Source: an uncultured Oscillospiraceae bacterium
GTDB taxonomy: Bacteria > Bacillota > Clostridia > Christensenellales > CAG-138
Reading direction: 5' to 3'
Assembly (NCBI GenBank): GCA_964552065.1
Contig: CAZKGE010000001.1
Location: 1 to 41,215, forward strand
DNA length: 41,215 nucleotides
Below, piece by piece: positions 1 to 7,655 of this stretch. The first letter of the stretch is position 1. Every line of letters begins with the position of its first letter. A program made the translations under genes and the position numbers. The notes below the pieces were generated by a model that saw nothing but the letters and a program-made list of their open reading frames with translations, was not told the DNA's origin and did not search any database.

Positions 1-270
1 GGAAAGCTGCGGTCGCGCGCGCACAGCGTGCACATCGACAACCGCATGCGCATCAGCGTGACGGGCGTTTTGGACGTGCAGAGCTTCAACGAGCAGGACG
101 CGATGCTCATCACCGAGGCGGGGCCGCTCAACATCGTGGGCAACGGTCTGCATTTAACGAAACTGAACCTCGAAGACGGCCAGATCAGCATCGAGGGCGA
201 GCTGCTCGCGATGGATTACGAGCCGGAGGAGGCCGAGAAGCGCGGCCTGTTCGGGAAGATGTTCCGGTAG
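1..270 (+). CDS. yabP: Sporulation protein YabP, 5' end cut by the window edge (track ORF 28..270 is the GTG-trimmed form)
   Basis: Frame 1 is open from base 1. HSVHIDNRMRISVTGVLDVQSFNEQDAMLITEAGPLNIVGNGLHLTKLNLEDGQISIEG matches the YabP family pattern. It is followed by yabQ and divIC, as in Bacillus. Confidence 0.8.
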   Translation, partial: GKLRSRAHSVHIDNRMRISVTGVLDVQSFNEQDAMLITEAGPLNIVGNGLHLTKLNLEDGQISIEGELLAMDYEPEEAEKRGLFGKMFR

Positions 271-276
271 GCGGAC

Positions 277-567
277 GTGGACACCACGCTTCTGCAGGGC
301 TACGAACTGATGACCTTCCTCTACGGCGGCATCGTGCTCGGCGCGGCCTACGAACTGCTCGCTTTTTTGCGGCGCTGCTTGATGAACCGCCATTTTCAGC
401 ACGCCTGCGACTTCCTATTTGTGGTCGCGTTCGGGAGCGTGCTTGCGGCCACGTTCTACATCGCAAACGGCGGCGAGTTTCGCGTGTTCGGCGCGCTCGG
501 TATGCTCGCCGGCTTTTTTGCCGTCCACATCACGCTTGGGCATGCGCTGCGGCACCTCAAATCGTGA
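277..567 (+). CDS. yabQ: Spore cortex biosynthesis protein YabQ (small multi-pass membrane protein)
   Basis: 96-aa hydrophobic ORF with a GTG start, 6 nt after the yabP stop. The position between yabP and divIC is conserved synteny. The GGIVLGAAYELLAFLRR motif is YabQ-like. Confidence 0.7.
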   Translation: MDTTLLQGYELMTFLYGGIVLGAAYELLAFLRRCLMNRHFQHACDFLFVVAFGSVLAATFYIANGGEFRVFGALGMLAGFFAVHITLGHALRHLKS

Positions 568-571
568 CGGC

Positions 572-600
572 TTTTCATTTTTTGCGGTTTGTGCTATACT
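572..600 (+). promoter_or_regulatory. Sigma-A-type promoter with extended -10 (TTTTCA-17 nt-TGcTATACT) upstream of divIC
   Basis: -35 TTTTCA at 572-577, 17-nt spacer, TG at 592-593, -10 TATACT at 595-600. The ATG at 607 lies 6 nt after the -10. Confidence 0.5.
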
Positions 601-606
601 ACCGCC

Positions 607-921
607 ATGGCAACAAAGTCGTTTCTGCAAAAACGCGCGTTCCGGCTGCGGCCGCGCTACATCCTGCTGGCGTTCCTCTTGACGTTCTTCATCCTCGGCG
701 GCGTCTATCTCTCGCAGCAGACCACGCTCACGTCCATCGCCGAGCAGAAGGCGGAACTGCAGCTTAAGCTTGACGCGGTCAAGGTCGAGCAGGAGCGCCT
801 CGAGCGCATGCTCGAATACATGAAGACCGACGAATACCTGATGCAGTACGCGCGCGAAAAGCTCGGATACGTATTCCCCGACGACATCAAATTCTACGCC
901 CCGGAAGGCGAGAGCAACTGA
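607..921 (+). CDS. divIC: Septum formation initiator, DivIC/FtsB family
   Basis: One N-terminal TM segment (YILLAFLLTFFILGGVYL), then a coiled coil and a C-terminal YAREKLGYVFPDD motif typical of DivIC/FtsB. ATG at 607 is preferred over the track TTG at 589, which lies inside the promoter. Confidence 0.8.
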   Translation: MATKSFLQKRAFRLRPRYILLAFLLTFFILGGVYLSQQTTLTSIAEQKAELQLKLDAVKVEQERLERMLEYMKTDEYLMQYAREKLGYVFPDDIKFYAPEGESN

Positions 922-934
922 ACGAACAAAATAA

Positions 935-967
935 ACGGAGCGGGACGAGAACGTCCCGCTCCGTTTT
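935..967. terminator. Bidirectional intrinsic terminator between convergent divIC and htrA-like genes
   Basis: Perfect 13-bp stem ACGGAGCGGGACG / CGTCCCGCTCCGT (935-947 / 952-964) with loop AGAA. An A-run precedes it and TTTT follows it. Confidence 0.85.
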
Positions 968-982
968 GATGCTCCGCCACTT

Positions 983-2299
983 CTAATCCATCTCCGAGAA
1001 GTTCATATCCGTCTTGTTGCCGATGACAATCGCAAGTTCGAGGTATTTTCCATCCCGATACACGCGCACGGTGACGACGTCTCCGATATTGGCCGCAGTC
1101 ACGATGTCGATCAACTGATAATGATCGGCAAGCGCCTGCCCGTTCGCCTCGACGATCACGTCGCCCGCAGCGAGGCCCGCTCGCTGCGCGGGGCCTCCCT
1201 TGACGACGTTCTCGACCAGCGCGCCCACCGGAATGCCGTCCTGCTCGGACATGACCTTCGTCACGGTCGTCACCATGATGCCGATGCCCGGACGTTTGAC
1301 GCTGCCCTCGGTCACGAGCGTCTCCATGATCTTAAGCACATGGTTGATCGGCAACGCAAAGCCAATGCCCTCGGCGGCGACCGGGTTGCCGAACGAGTCG
1401 TAGCCCGCGGTGAACGACTTGGCGCTGTTGATGCCGATCACCTCGCCCTTCATGTTCAAAAGCGGACCGCCGCTGTTGCCGTAGTTAATCGCGGCGTCGA
1501 TCTGCAGATATGTGTTTGTATAGTTGTCGATCGTGATCTCGCGCTCCCTGGCGCTGATGATGCCGAACGTCAACGTGTTGACGAGACGGTCGGAATCGAG
1601 CGGGTTGCCGATGGCGAGCACGTACTCGCCCACGCGCACGTCGTCCGAATCGCCGCACTTGAGCGGCTTTAGGTCCCGCGCGTCGACGCGCAGCACGGCC
1701 ACGTCCGTCTCCGTGTCGGACCCTACGATCTCGGCGTCGATCTCCTTGCCGTCGGCAAGCTTGACGGTCACAACCTGGGCGCCCTCAACCACGTGCGCGT
1801 TCGTGAGCACGTAGCCCTCGCTCGAGACGAGGAAGCCCGTGCCCGTGCCGTAGACGGTGAGCATCTCCTTGTCGCCGACCGGCATCTCGACATAGTTGAT
1901 CACGCCCACCACACTCGGGGACACCGCGTCAAATATGTCGGGAATCGGGTTGCCGCCCGTGCCGGGGATGATGGGCGCGATGCCGTCGAGCTGCGGCATT
2001 TCGCGCTGGACAGCCGGCGTCGCGGGCGCGGTCGGCGCGGGCGCGGCCGGTTCGCCGGATTGATCGGGCGTCGGGGACACGGCGGCCGTCGGCGCGGGGG
2101 TCGGTGTCGCGGCCGCCTGCGCCGCGCTGTACCGGCTCTTTTCGTAGACGAGCAGCGCAATCATGCCCGCCAGCAGCAGGATGAGCAGCGTGACCACGAT
2201 CGCGAAAAACGCGCCGCCGCGCTTCGGCGGTCTTTCCTCAAAGTTCTGGAACGCCGGGCCGGAACCGTATTCGTACTTATCCAACTTTTTTTCCTCCAT
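983..2299 (-). CDS. HtrA/DegP-family serine protease with N-terminal TM anchor, Pro/Ala/Thr-rich linker, trypsin-like domain and PDZ domain
   Basis: Catalytic motifs TNAHVV (His), Asp, and GNSGGPLLN (Ser), plus a C-terminal PDZ-like region. The start overlaps the upstream kinase gene by 23 nt. Confidence 0.9.
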   Translation of the reverse strand: MEEKKLDKYEYGSGPAFQNFEERPPKRGGAFFAIVVTLLILLLAGMIALLVYEKSRYSAAQAAATPTPAPTAAVSPTPDQSGEPAAPAPTAPATPAVQREMPQLDGIAPIIPGTGGNPIPDIFDAVSPSVVGVINYVEMPVGDKEMLTVYGTGTGFLVSSEGYVLTNAHVVEGAQVVTVKLADGKEIDAEIVGSDTETDVAVLRVDARDLKPLKCGDSDDVRVGEYVLAIGNPLDSDRLVNTLTFGIISAREREITIDNYTNTYLQIDAAINYGNSGGPLLNMKGEVIGINSAKSFTAGYDSFGNPVAAEGIGFALPINHVLKIMETLVTEGSVKRPGIGIMVTTVTKVMSEQDGIPVGALVENVVKGGPAQRAGLAAGDVIVEANGQALADHYQLIDIVTAANIGDVVTVRVYRDGKYLELAIVIGNKTDMNFSEMD

Positions 2300-3752
2300 C
2301 CTGAATGCGTTTGGGCGCGGGCGCGCGCTTGAGCGTGAACGTGAACGTGCTCCCCTTCCCCTTTGCGCTCTTGAGCGTAATCGTCTGGCCGTGCTGGTCG
2401 ATGATCCGTTTCACGATCGAAAGGCCCAGCCCCGTGCCGCTCTGCTTGGTCGGCGTGTGCGCCTTCTCCACCTTGTAGAAGCGGTCGAACACGTGCGTAA
2501 CGTCCTCCTCCGGAATGCCGTAGCCGGAGTCCTGTATCGCCACATATACCTCGCGGCGCAGCGCGTACGTCGCGATGCGCAGCTTGCGCCCGTCCGGCGA
2601 ATATTTAAGCGCGTTGTCGATCAGGTTCCTTAGCACCTGCGAGATCTGCGCGCTGTCCGCCTCGACGTAATACTGGTCCTGCGCGAACTTGACGTCGACC
2701 TCCGTGCGCTTCTCGTAGATGCGCGCCTCGAACGTGATCAATGTGCGGCGGATCAGCTCGTTGATGTCGAATATCTCGAGCTTGAGCGCGGTCTTGCCGG
2801 ACTCGATGCGCGCAAGGTCCAGCAGGTCGTTCACCATCGTGGTCATGCGGCGCGTCTCGGACAGCACGATGTTGATGTATTTGTCGTACTCGTCCGGGCC
2901 GATCGTGCCGTCCTGCATCGCCTCGAGAAAGCCGCGCATGGACGTTAAGGGGGAGCGCAGCTCGTGCGAGACGTTCGCCACAAAGCTGCGGCGCGTCGCC
3001 TCGAGGTCCTTGAGCTGGTCGGCCATGGCGTTGAAGCTGATGGCCAACTGCGTGGCTTCCTCTGTGTTGCTGATCGGGATGCGCGCGTTGTAGTCGCCCT
3101 TGCTGTAGCGCTGCACGACCTCGTTGATCTCCAAGAACGGCTTGGTCAAAAGGGTCGTGGAAAAATACACGACGATGATCGCGATCAGCGACGCGACCAG
3201 CGCAATAAGCACGGTCTCGATGTACACCGTGTACGCGGCGGTGTTGACGTCCGTCACGTCGGTGTGGAACAGGATCACGGTCTCGGACCCGTCCTGCTCG
3301 TAAAGCGAGCGCGACGCCGTGAGCACCGGAAAGTCCACGTGCGACTCGTACCGGTTGATCTGCTCCTCGCCCGCCTCGCTCGTCGAGAGGATGAGCGTTC
3401 GCAGGTCCGCGTCGGAGTAGGCAAGCTTGGCCAGCGGCTCCCATTTTAAGTCGTCGTAATAGGATTCGTCCGAGCCGTTTGTGCGGATGATCTGGATCAG
3501 CCCGCCCGTGTAGCGAGCGATCACCTTCAGCTCCGTCTCGACGCCGGACGTATGGAACGCGGTCGTCGCCTTTGCGTACAGGTCCGCGACGGCCTCCGCC
3601 TCGCGATGGACCGTCAGCTTCCGCTGCCGCATCGCCTGTCCCTGCAATAAAGCAGCAACCGTTATGCCGGTCAATAGAAGCATTGCGAGCATAACGGTCA
3701 TAAAGGCTGTCAGCATACGGGAGAACAGAGTTCTCAGGAGGTCCTTGCGCAT
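2277..3752 (-). CDS. Sensor histidine kinase (two TM segments, HAMP, HisKA, HATPase_c)
   Basis: H-box SHELRSPLTSM, N-box LIDNALKYSP, G-boxes DSGYGIP and GTGLGLSIV. An extracytoplasmic loop lies between the two TM segments. Confidence 0.9.
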   Translation of the reverse strand: MRKDLLRTLFSRMLTAFMTVMLAMLLLTGITVAALLQGQAMRQRKLTVHREAEAVADLYAKATTAFHTSGVETELKVIARYTGGLIQIIRTNGSDESYYDDLKWEPLAKLAYSDADLRTLILSTSEAGEEQINRYESHVDFPVLTASRSLYEQDGSETVILFHTDVTDVNTAAYTVYIETVLIALVASLIAIIVVYFSTTLLTKPFLEINEVVQRYSKGDYNARIPISNTEEATQLAISFNAMADQLKDLEATRRSFVANVSHELRSPLTSMRGFLEAMQDGTIGPDEYDKYINIVLSETRRMTTMVNDLLDLARIESGKTALKLEIFDINELIRRTLITFEARIYEKRTEVDVKFAQDQYYVEADSAQISQVLRNLIDNALKYSPDGRKLRIATYALRREVYVAIQDSGYGIPEEDVTHVFDRFYKVEKAHTPTKQSGTGLGLSIVKRIIDQHGQTITLKSAKGKGSTFTFTLKRAPAPKRIQDGGKKVG

Positions 3753-3759
3753 GCGTCAC

Positions 3760-4437
3760 TCACTGCTGTTCAAATTTATAGCCCACGCCCCAGACGGTCT
3801 TCAGCTGCCACACGTGGTCCTCACCGAGCTTCTCGCGGATGCGCTTGACGTGCACGTCCACGGTGCGCGAGTCCCCGAAGAAATCGAAGCCCCAAACCTG
3901 CTCCAGCAGCTGTTCCCGCGTGAATACTTTGCCCGAATGTGCGGCAAGAAAATACAGAAGCTCGATCTCTTTAGGCGGCATCTCGAGCTGGCGGCCGTCG
4001 AGCACGACCGCGTAGTTTTCGAGCGAAACGGTTAGCCCCGGCAGAACGATCGTCTTCTCCGGCTCCGACGGAGCGCTCCTGCGCAGCACCGCCTTGATGC
4101 GCGCGATCAGCTCCTTTGCGTCGAACGGCTTTGAGATATAATCGTCCGCGCCGAGCTCGAGCCCCTGCACGCGGTCGCCCGTGTCCCCTTTGGCCGTCAG
4201 CATGATGACCGGCGTGTCGCTCTCCATGCGGATGTCGTGCAGCACCGCCCAGCCGTCCTTGCCGGGCAGCATCACGTCCAGCACGACGAGCGACGGACGC
4301 GTCTCGTGGAACACCGGCAGCGCGGACAGCCCGTCCGCGCAGGTGACGACCGTAAACCCCGCCTTTTTCAGGTACAGCTCAATGATCGCCAGTATGTTTC
4401 TGTCATCGTCAATGACGAGAATGGTGTTATTGTCCAT
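3760..4437 (-). CDS. OmpR/PhoB-family response regulator
   Basis: Receiver motifs (VIDDD, VVLDVMLPGKDG, LTAK) plus a winged-helix C-terminus (TVDVHVKRIREKL ... GVGYKF). It sits 7 nt upstream of the kinase gene. Confidence 0.92.
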   Translation of the reverse strand: MDNNTILVIDDDRNILAIIELYLKKAGFTVVTCADGLSALPVFHETRPSLVVLDVMLPGKDGWAVLHDIRMESDTPVIMLTAKGDTGDRVQGLELGADDYISKPFDAKELIARIKAVLRRSAPSEPEKTIVLPGLTVSLENYAVVLDGRQLEMPPKEIELLYFLAAHSGKVFTREQLLEQVWGFDFFGDSRTVDVHVKRIREKLGEDHVWQLKTVWGVGYKFEQQ

Positions 4438-4494
4438 CGATCCACCTCGAATCCATCGATCTGAAGCAAAGAAACGATCCCTGCATTTGGCGAT

Positions 4495-4524
4495 AGTATA
4501 CCATACGTTTCACCGGATGCGCAA
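4495..4524 (-). promoter_or_regulatory. Sigma-A-type promoter for the response regulator-kinase-HtrA operon (TTGCGC-18 nt-TGgTATACT)
   Basis: Read on the minus strand: -35 TTGCGC (4519-4524) and extended -10 TGgTATACT (4495-4503). An SD GAGGTGGA precedes the ATG at 4437. Confidence 0.55.
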
Positions 4525-4578
4525 CGCGTACGCCGCGTCAAAATCGAACGACGGCGATTTGCCTGCGCCGGCCGGCCG

Positions 4579-6930
4579 TTATTTCAGCGTCACGACCGTA
4601 ACGCCCGCGTCGCCCTCGCCGTACGCGCCCATGCGGAAGGACTTGACGCGCGGGTTTTGCCGCAGGTAGTTCTGCACGCCGGCGCGCAGCGCGCCCGTGC
4701 CCTTGCCGTGTATGACCGCAAACTCCTTGATGCCGGTCAATTCGGAATCGTCGATGTAGCGGTCGATCTCGATGGCCGCTTCTTCGACAAGCCGTCCGCG
4801 CAGGTCCAGCTCGAGCCTCGATCCGCGGTCAGCGGTCAGCACAGCCTTGCCGGAGGAGACGGGCTTTTCCTTCCGTTGCTCAATAAGGCGCAGATCGGAG
4901 AGATTGACCGTCATCTTGATCACGCCGACCTGCACGGCGACCTCGCCGCGCTCGTTCGGGTTTTTCAGCACGGATCCCTCCTGGTCGAGGCTGAGGATGC
5001 GCACGCGCTGGCCGGGCAGCACCGTGCCCGGCGCGCCGCCGTCGCCGCCCTCGGCGCTCGTCAGCCGCTCGGAAAGCTGCTCCTCGCTGCTCCTCGCCGC
5101 GTCGCGCGCGCCCTGTACCGCGCGCTCGAGCGCCTTCGGGTCGATGTCCTTGACGGCGCGCAGCTCGCGGATTAAGCGCTCCATCTCCGCGCGCGTTTCG
5201 AGCACCATCCTTCTGGCGTCGTCGCGCGCTTTCTGGCGCAGCGCCGTCTTCTCACTCTCGAGCTTCTCCTGCTCCTTTTTCAGTGCGGAGCGGATCCGCT
5301 CCGCCTCGTAACCGGCCTCGCGCGCCTGGTCGCGCTCGCGCTCCGCTTCCCTGCGCGCCTGCTCCGCGCCGGAGAGCACGTCCTCGAACGCGACGTCCTT
5401 CTTTTCCAAAAACTCCCCCGCGCGCGCGACGACGCCCTCCGAAAGGCCGAGCCGCTTTGCGATCTCGAACGCGTTCGACTTGCCGGGGATGCCGACGAAC
5501 AGCCGGTAGGTCGGGCTGAGCTTGTCGACGTCGAACTCCATCGACGCGTTCTGCATGCCGGGGTGCATCAGCGCAAACGCCTTGATCTCGCTGTAATGCG
5601 TGGTCGCCAATGTGCGCGCGCCCGCTTCGTAGAGCGACTCCAGTATCGCCTGCGCGAGCGCCGCGCCCTCGACCGGGTCCGTGCCCGCGCCGAGCTCGTC
5701 GAGCAGCACGAGCGAGCGGTCGTTCGCGTGCTGCAGAATGCCGACGATGTTGTTCATGTGCGATGAAAACGTGGACAGCGACTGCTCGATCGACTGCTCA
5801 TCGCCGATGTCCGCAAACACCTCGTCGAACACCGAGAGCGTCGTGCCGTACTCGGCGGGCACGAACAGGCCGGACATCGCCATGAGCGTAAACAGCCCGA
5901 CGGTCTTGAGCGTCACTGTCTTGCCGCCGGTGTTCGGGCCGGTCACGATCAGCGTGCGGAACGCGCCGCCGAGCCAGATGTCGATCGGCACGACCGTGTC
6001 CGGGTTGAGCAGCGGGTGCCGCCCTTTCTTGATCTCAAGGTAGCCGTCCTGGCCGAGCTTTGGCCGCTCGGCGCGCTGCTCGCGCGCGAGCATCGCCTTG
6101 GCAAAGATTACATCGAGCGTGCCGAGCACAGTCAAGCTCGTGTACAGCTCGTCCGCGTACGGTTCCACCATCGCGGTCAGCGTCGCCAGGATGCGCTCGA
6201 TCTCCGCCTGCTCCTCGGCCTGCAGCCGCTTAAACTCGTTGCCGAGCTCCACGACGGCGGCCGGTTCGATAAACAGCGTCGCGCCGCTGCCGCTCTGGTC
6301 GTGCACGAGCCCGCTCACCTGCGCGCGATACTCCGCGCGCACCGGCAGCGCGTAGCGGCCGTTGCGCATCGTGATGATCGGCTCCTGCAAAAACTTCTGC
6401 GTCGCGGGGCTCTTGATCATGTTGTTCAACTTTTCGCGCACGCGCTCGTTGACGACGCGCATCTGCCTGCGCACGCGCGCAAGCTCGGGCGACGCGTTGT
6501 CGGCGATCTCCTCCTCCGAGAGGATGCAGCGCGCGATCTCCTCCTCGACAGAGCGGTGCGACGAGAGTTTGTCGGCCATCAGCGCGAGCTTAATACAACC
6601 CTCCGAATCCAGTATCTGCTCGCGCGCCATCCGCGAAACGGCAAGGCAGCGCTGGATATTGAGCAGATCGCCCGCGGGCAGCGCGTAGGCCGCGTGCGCG
6701 CGCCGGAGCACGCCGCGGATATCGGGGAACGAGTTGATCGGCGTGCGGCCCTGATGCCGGTACACGCCGTACGCCTCGTCGGTCTGCTCGAGCAGCGTCT
6801 CCGCGTCCGCAAAAGCGTGCGCCGGCCGGAGCGCGGCGGCATACTCACGGCCGATATCGGAGGCGAGGTATTCGCCGAGCCGCTCGATGATCTTATTGTA
6901 TTCCAGCGTGACAAGCGCCTTATCGTTCAT
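4579..6930 (-). CDS. mutS2: Endonuclease MutS2 (MutS domain plus C-terminal Smr domain)
   Basis: Walker A GPNTGGKT, MutS signature STFSSHM, and a C-terminal Smr domain (LDLRG ... IHGKGTGALR). ATG at 6930 has SD GGAGAA 7 nt upstream. The 15-codon extension in the track ORF lies in the leader. Confidence 0.92.
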   Translation of the reverse strand: MNDKALVTLEYNKIIERLGEYLASDIGREYAAALRPAHAFADAETLLEQTDEAYGVYRHQGRTPINSFPDIRGVLRRAHAAYALPAGDLLNIQRCLAVSRMAREQILDSEGCIKLALMADKLSSHRSVEEEIARCILSEEEIADNASPELARVRRQMRVVNERVREKLNNMIKSPATQKFLQEPIITMRNGRYALPVRAEYRAQVSGLVHDQSGSGATLFIEPAAVVELGNEFKRLQAEEQAEIERILATLTAMVEPYADELYTSLTVLGTLDVIFAKAMLAREQRAERPKLGQDGYLEIKKGRHPLLNPDTVVPIDIWLGGAFRTLIVTGPNTGGKTVTLKTVGLFTLMAMSGLFVPAEYGTTLSVFDEVFADIGDEQSIEQSLSTFSSHMNNIVGILQHANDRSLVLLDELGAGTDPVEGAALAQAILESLYEAGARTLATTHYSEIKAFALMHPGMQNASMEFDVDKLSPTYRLFVGIPGKSNAFEIAKRLGLSEGVVARAGEFLEKKDVAFEDVLSGAEQARREAERERDQAREAGYEAERIRSALKKEQEKLESEKTALRQKARDDARRMVLETRAEMERLIRELRAVKDIDPKALERAVQGARDAARSSEEQLSERLTSAEGGDGGAPGTVLPGQRVRILSLDQEGSVLKNPNERGEVAVQVGVIKMTVNLSDLRLIEQRKEKPVSSGKAVLTADRGSRLELDLRGRLVEEAAIEIDRYIDDSELTGIKEFAVIHGKGTGALRAGVQNYLRQNPRVKSFRMGAYGEGDAGVTVVTLK

Positions 6931-6978
6931 AAAAGGTTCTCCGTTTTTTGGACCCGCTTTTTCGCAGGCGGTCACATG

Positions 6979-7008
6979 ATTGTACCATGCAGGCTAAAAA
7001 CGCGTCAA
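6979..7008 (-). promoter_or_regulatory. Sigma-A-type promoter for mutS2 (TTGACG-18 nt-TGgTACAAT)
   Basis: Minus strand: -35 TTGACG (7003-7008), extended -10 TGgTACAAT (6979-6987). Confidence 0.55.
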
Positions 7009-7066
7009 TGAAAAGGCGCGGGCCCTTTTGCCGGGCGCCGCGCCTCCTGATGTATCGGTTCGGAAG

Positions 7067-7279
7067 TTATTTGCTGGTGCTGCCGCCGCCACTCATATTG
7101 TTCTGAGCGTACGCGATCATTCGCTTTACCATTTCGCCGCCGATTGAACCCGCGTCACGGGAGGTCAGATCACCGTTGTAACCCTGCTTGAGATTGACGT
7201 TCAGCGAACTGGCCACTTCGGACTTCAGGCTGTTCAGCTTCGTCTTGCTTTCGGGAACCAGAGCTCCATTGCGTGCCAT
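7067..7279 (-). CDS. Alpha/beta-type small acid-soluble spore protein (SASP), copy 2
   Basis: 70 aa with the hallmark DLTSRDAGSIGGEMVKRMI motif. SD AAAGGAGA lies upstream. Confidence 0.93.
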   Translation of the reverse strand: MARNGALVPESKTKLNSLKSEVASSLNVNLKQGYNGDLTSRDAGSIGGEMVKRMIAYAQNNMSGGGSTSK

Positions 7280-7321
7280 GTGTTTTCTCCTTTCATAAAT
7301 TTATTTGAACCCGTTCAGGTT

Positions 7322-7513
7322 TCACTGCATGTTCTGTTCGGAGTACGCAATCATGCGCTTCACCATTTCGCCGCCGATCGAGCCCGCGTCGCGGGAGGTC
7401 AAATCACCGTTGTAACCCTGCTTCAGGTTTACGTTCAGCGAATTGGCAACCTCAGATTTCATGCCGTTCATCTTCTCCTTCGCTTGAGGAACAAGACTGC
7501 CGTTTCTGGCCAT
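7322..7513 (-). CDS. Alpha/beta-type small acid-soluble spore protein (SASP), copy 1
   Basis: 63 aa carrying the same SASP core as copy 2. A strong SD AGGAGGTG lies 6 nt upstream of the ATG. Confidence 0.93.
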   Translation of the reverse strand: MARNGSLVPQAKEKMNGMKSEVANSLNVNLKQGYNGDLTSRDAGSIGGEMVKRMIAYSEQNMQ

Positions 7514-7595
7514 TCAATTCACCTCCTTCACTGGATGTACTGTTAATTTGCACAAAACCGTTTAAACTATGACTGGAAATAAATGAAATCCATAC

Positions 7596-7620
7596 AAAAA
7601 ATGCCCGCGCGCAGGCATTT
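7596..7620 (-). terminator. Intrinsic terminator downstream of recG
   Basis: Minus strand AAATGCC-TGCGCGCG-GGCATTT followed by TTT. It lies 36 nt after the recG stop. Confidence 0.6.
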
Positions 7621-7655
7621 AGCTTCTGATAGCGATTAGTATGGCAAAAATACGT

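Noticed and set aside
7011-7029. A possible terminator after SASP copy 2 (AAAAGG-N7-CCTTTT).
   Set aside because: The stem is only 6 bp, four of them A-U, and the U-tract is consumed by the stem. It is too weak to annotate with confidence.
7280-7546. An 88-aa plus-strand ORF overlapping the SASP genes.
   Set aside because: It is antisense to two canonical SASP genes and has no start context. It is a shadow ORF.
7514-7595. A forespore (sigma-G/sigma-F) promoter upstream of SASP copy 1 (GTATG ... CATAGTT).
   Set aside because: The spacing (about 19 nt) and the -10 match (CATAGTT versus the CATnnTA-type consensus) are imperfect. I cannot support a confident call by eye, so it is left unannotated.
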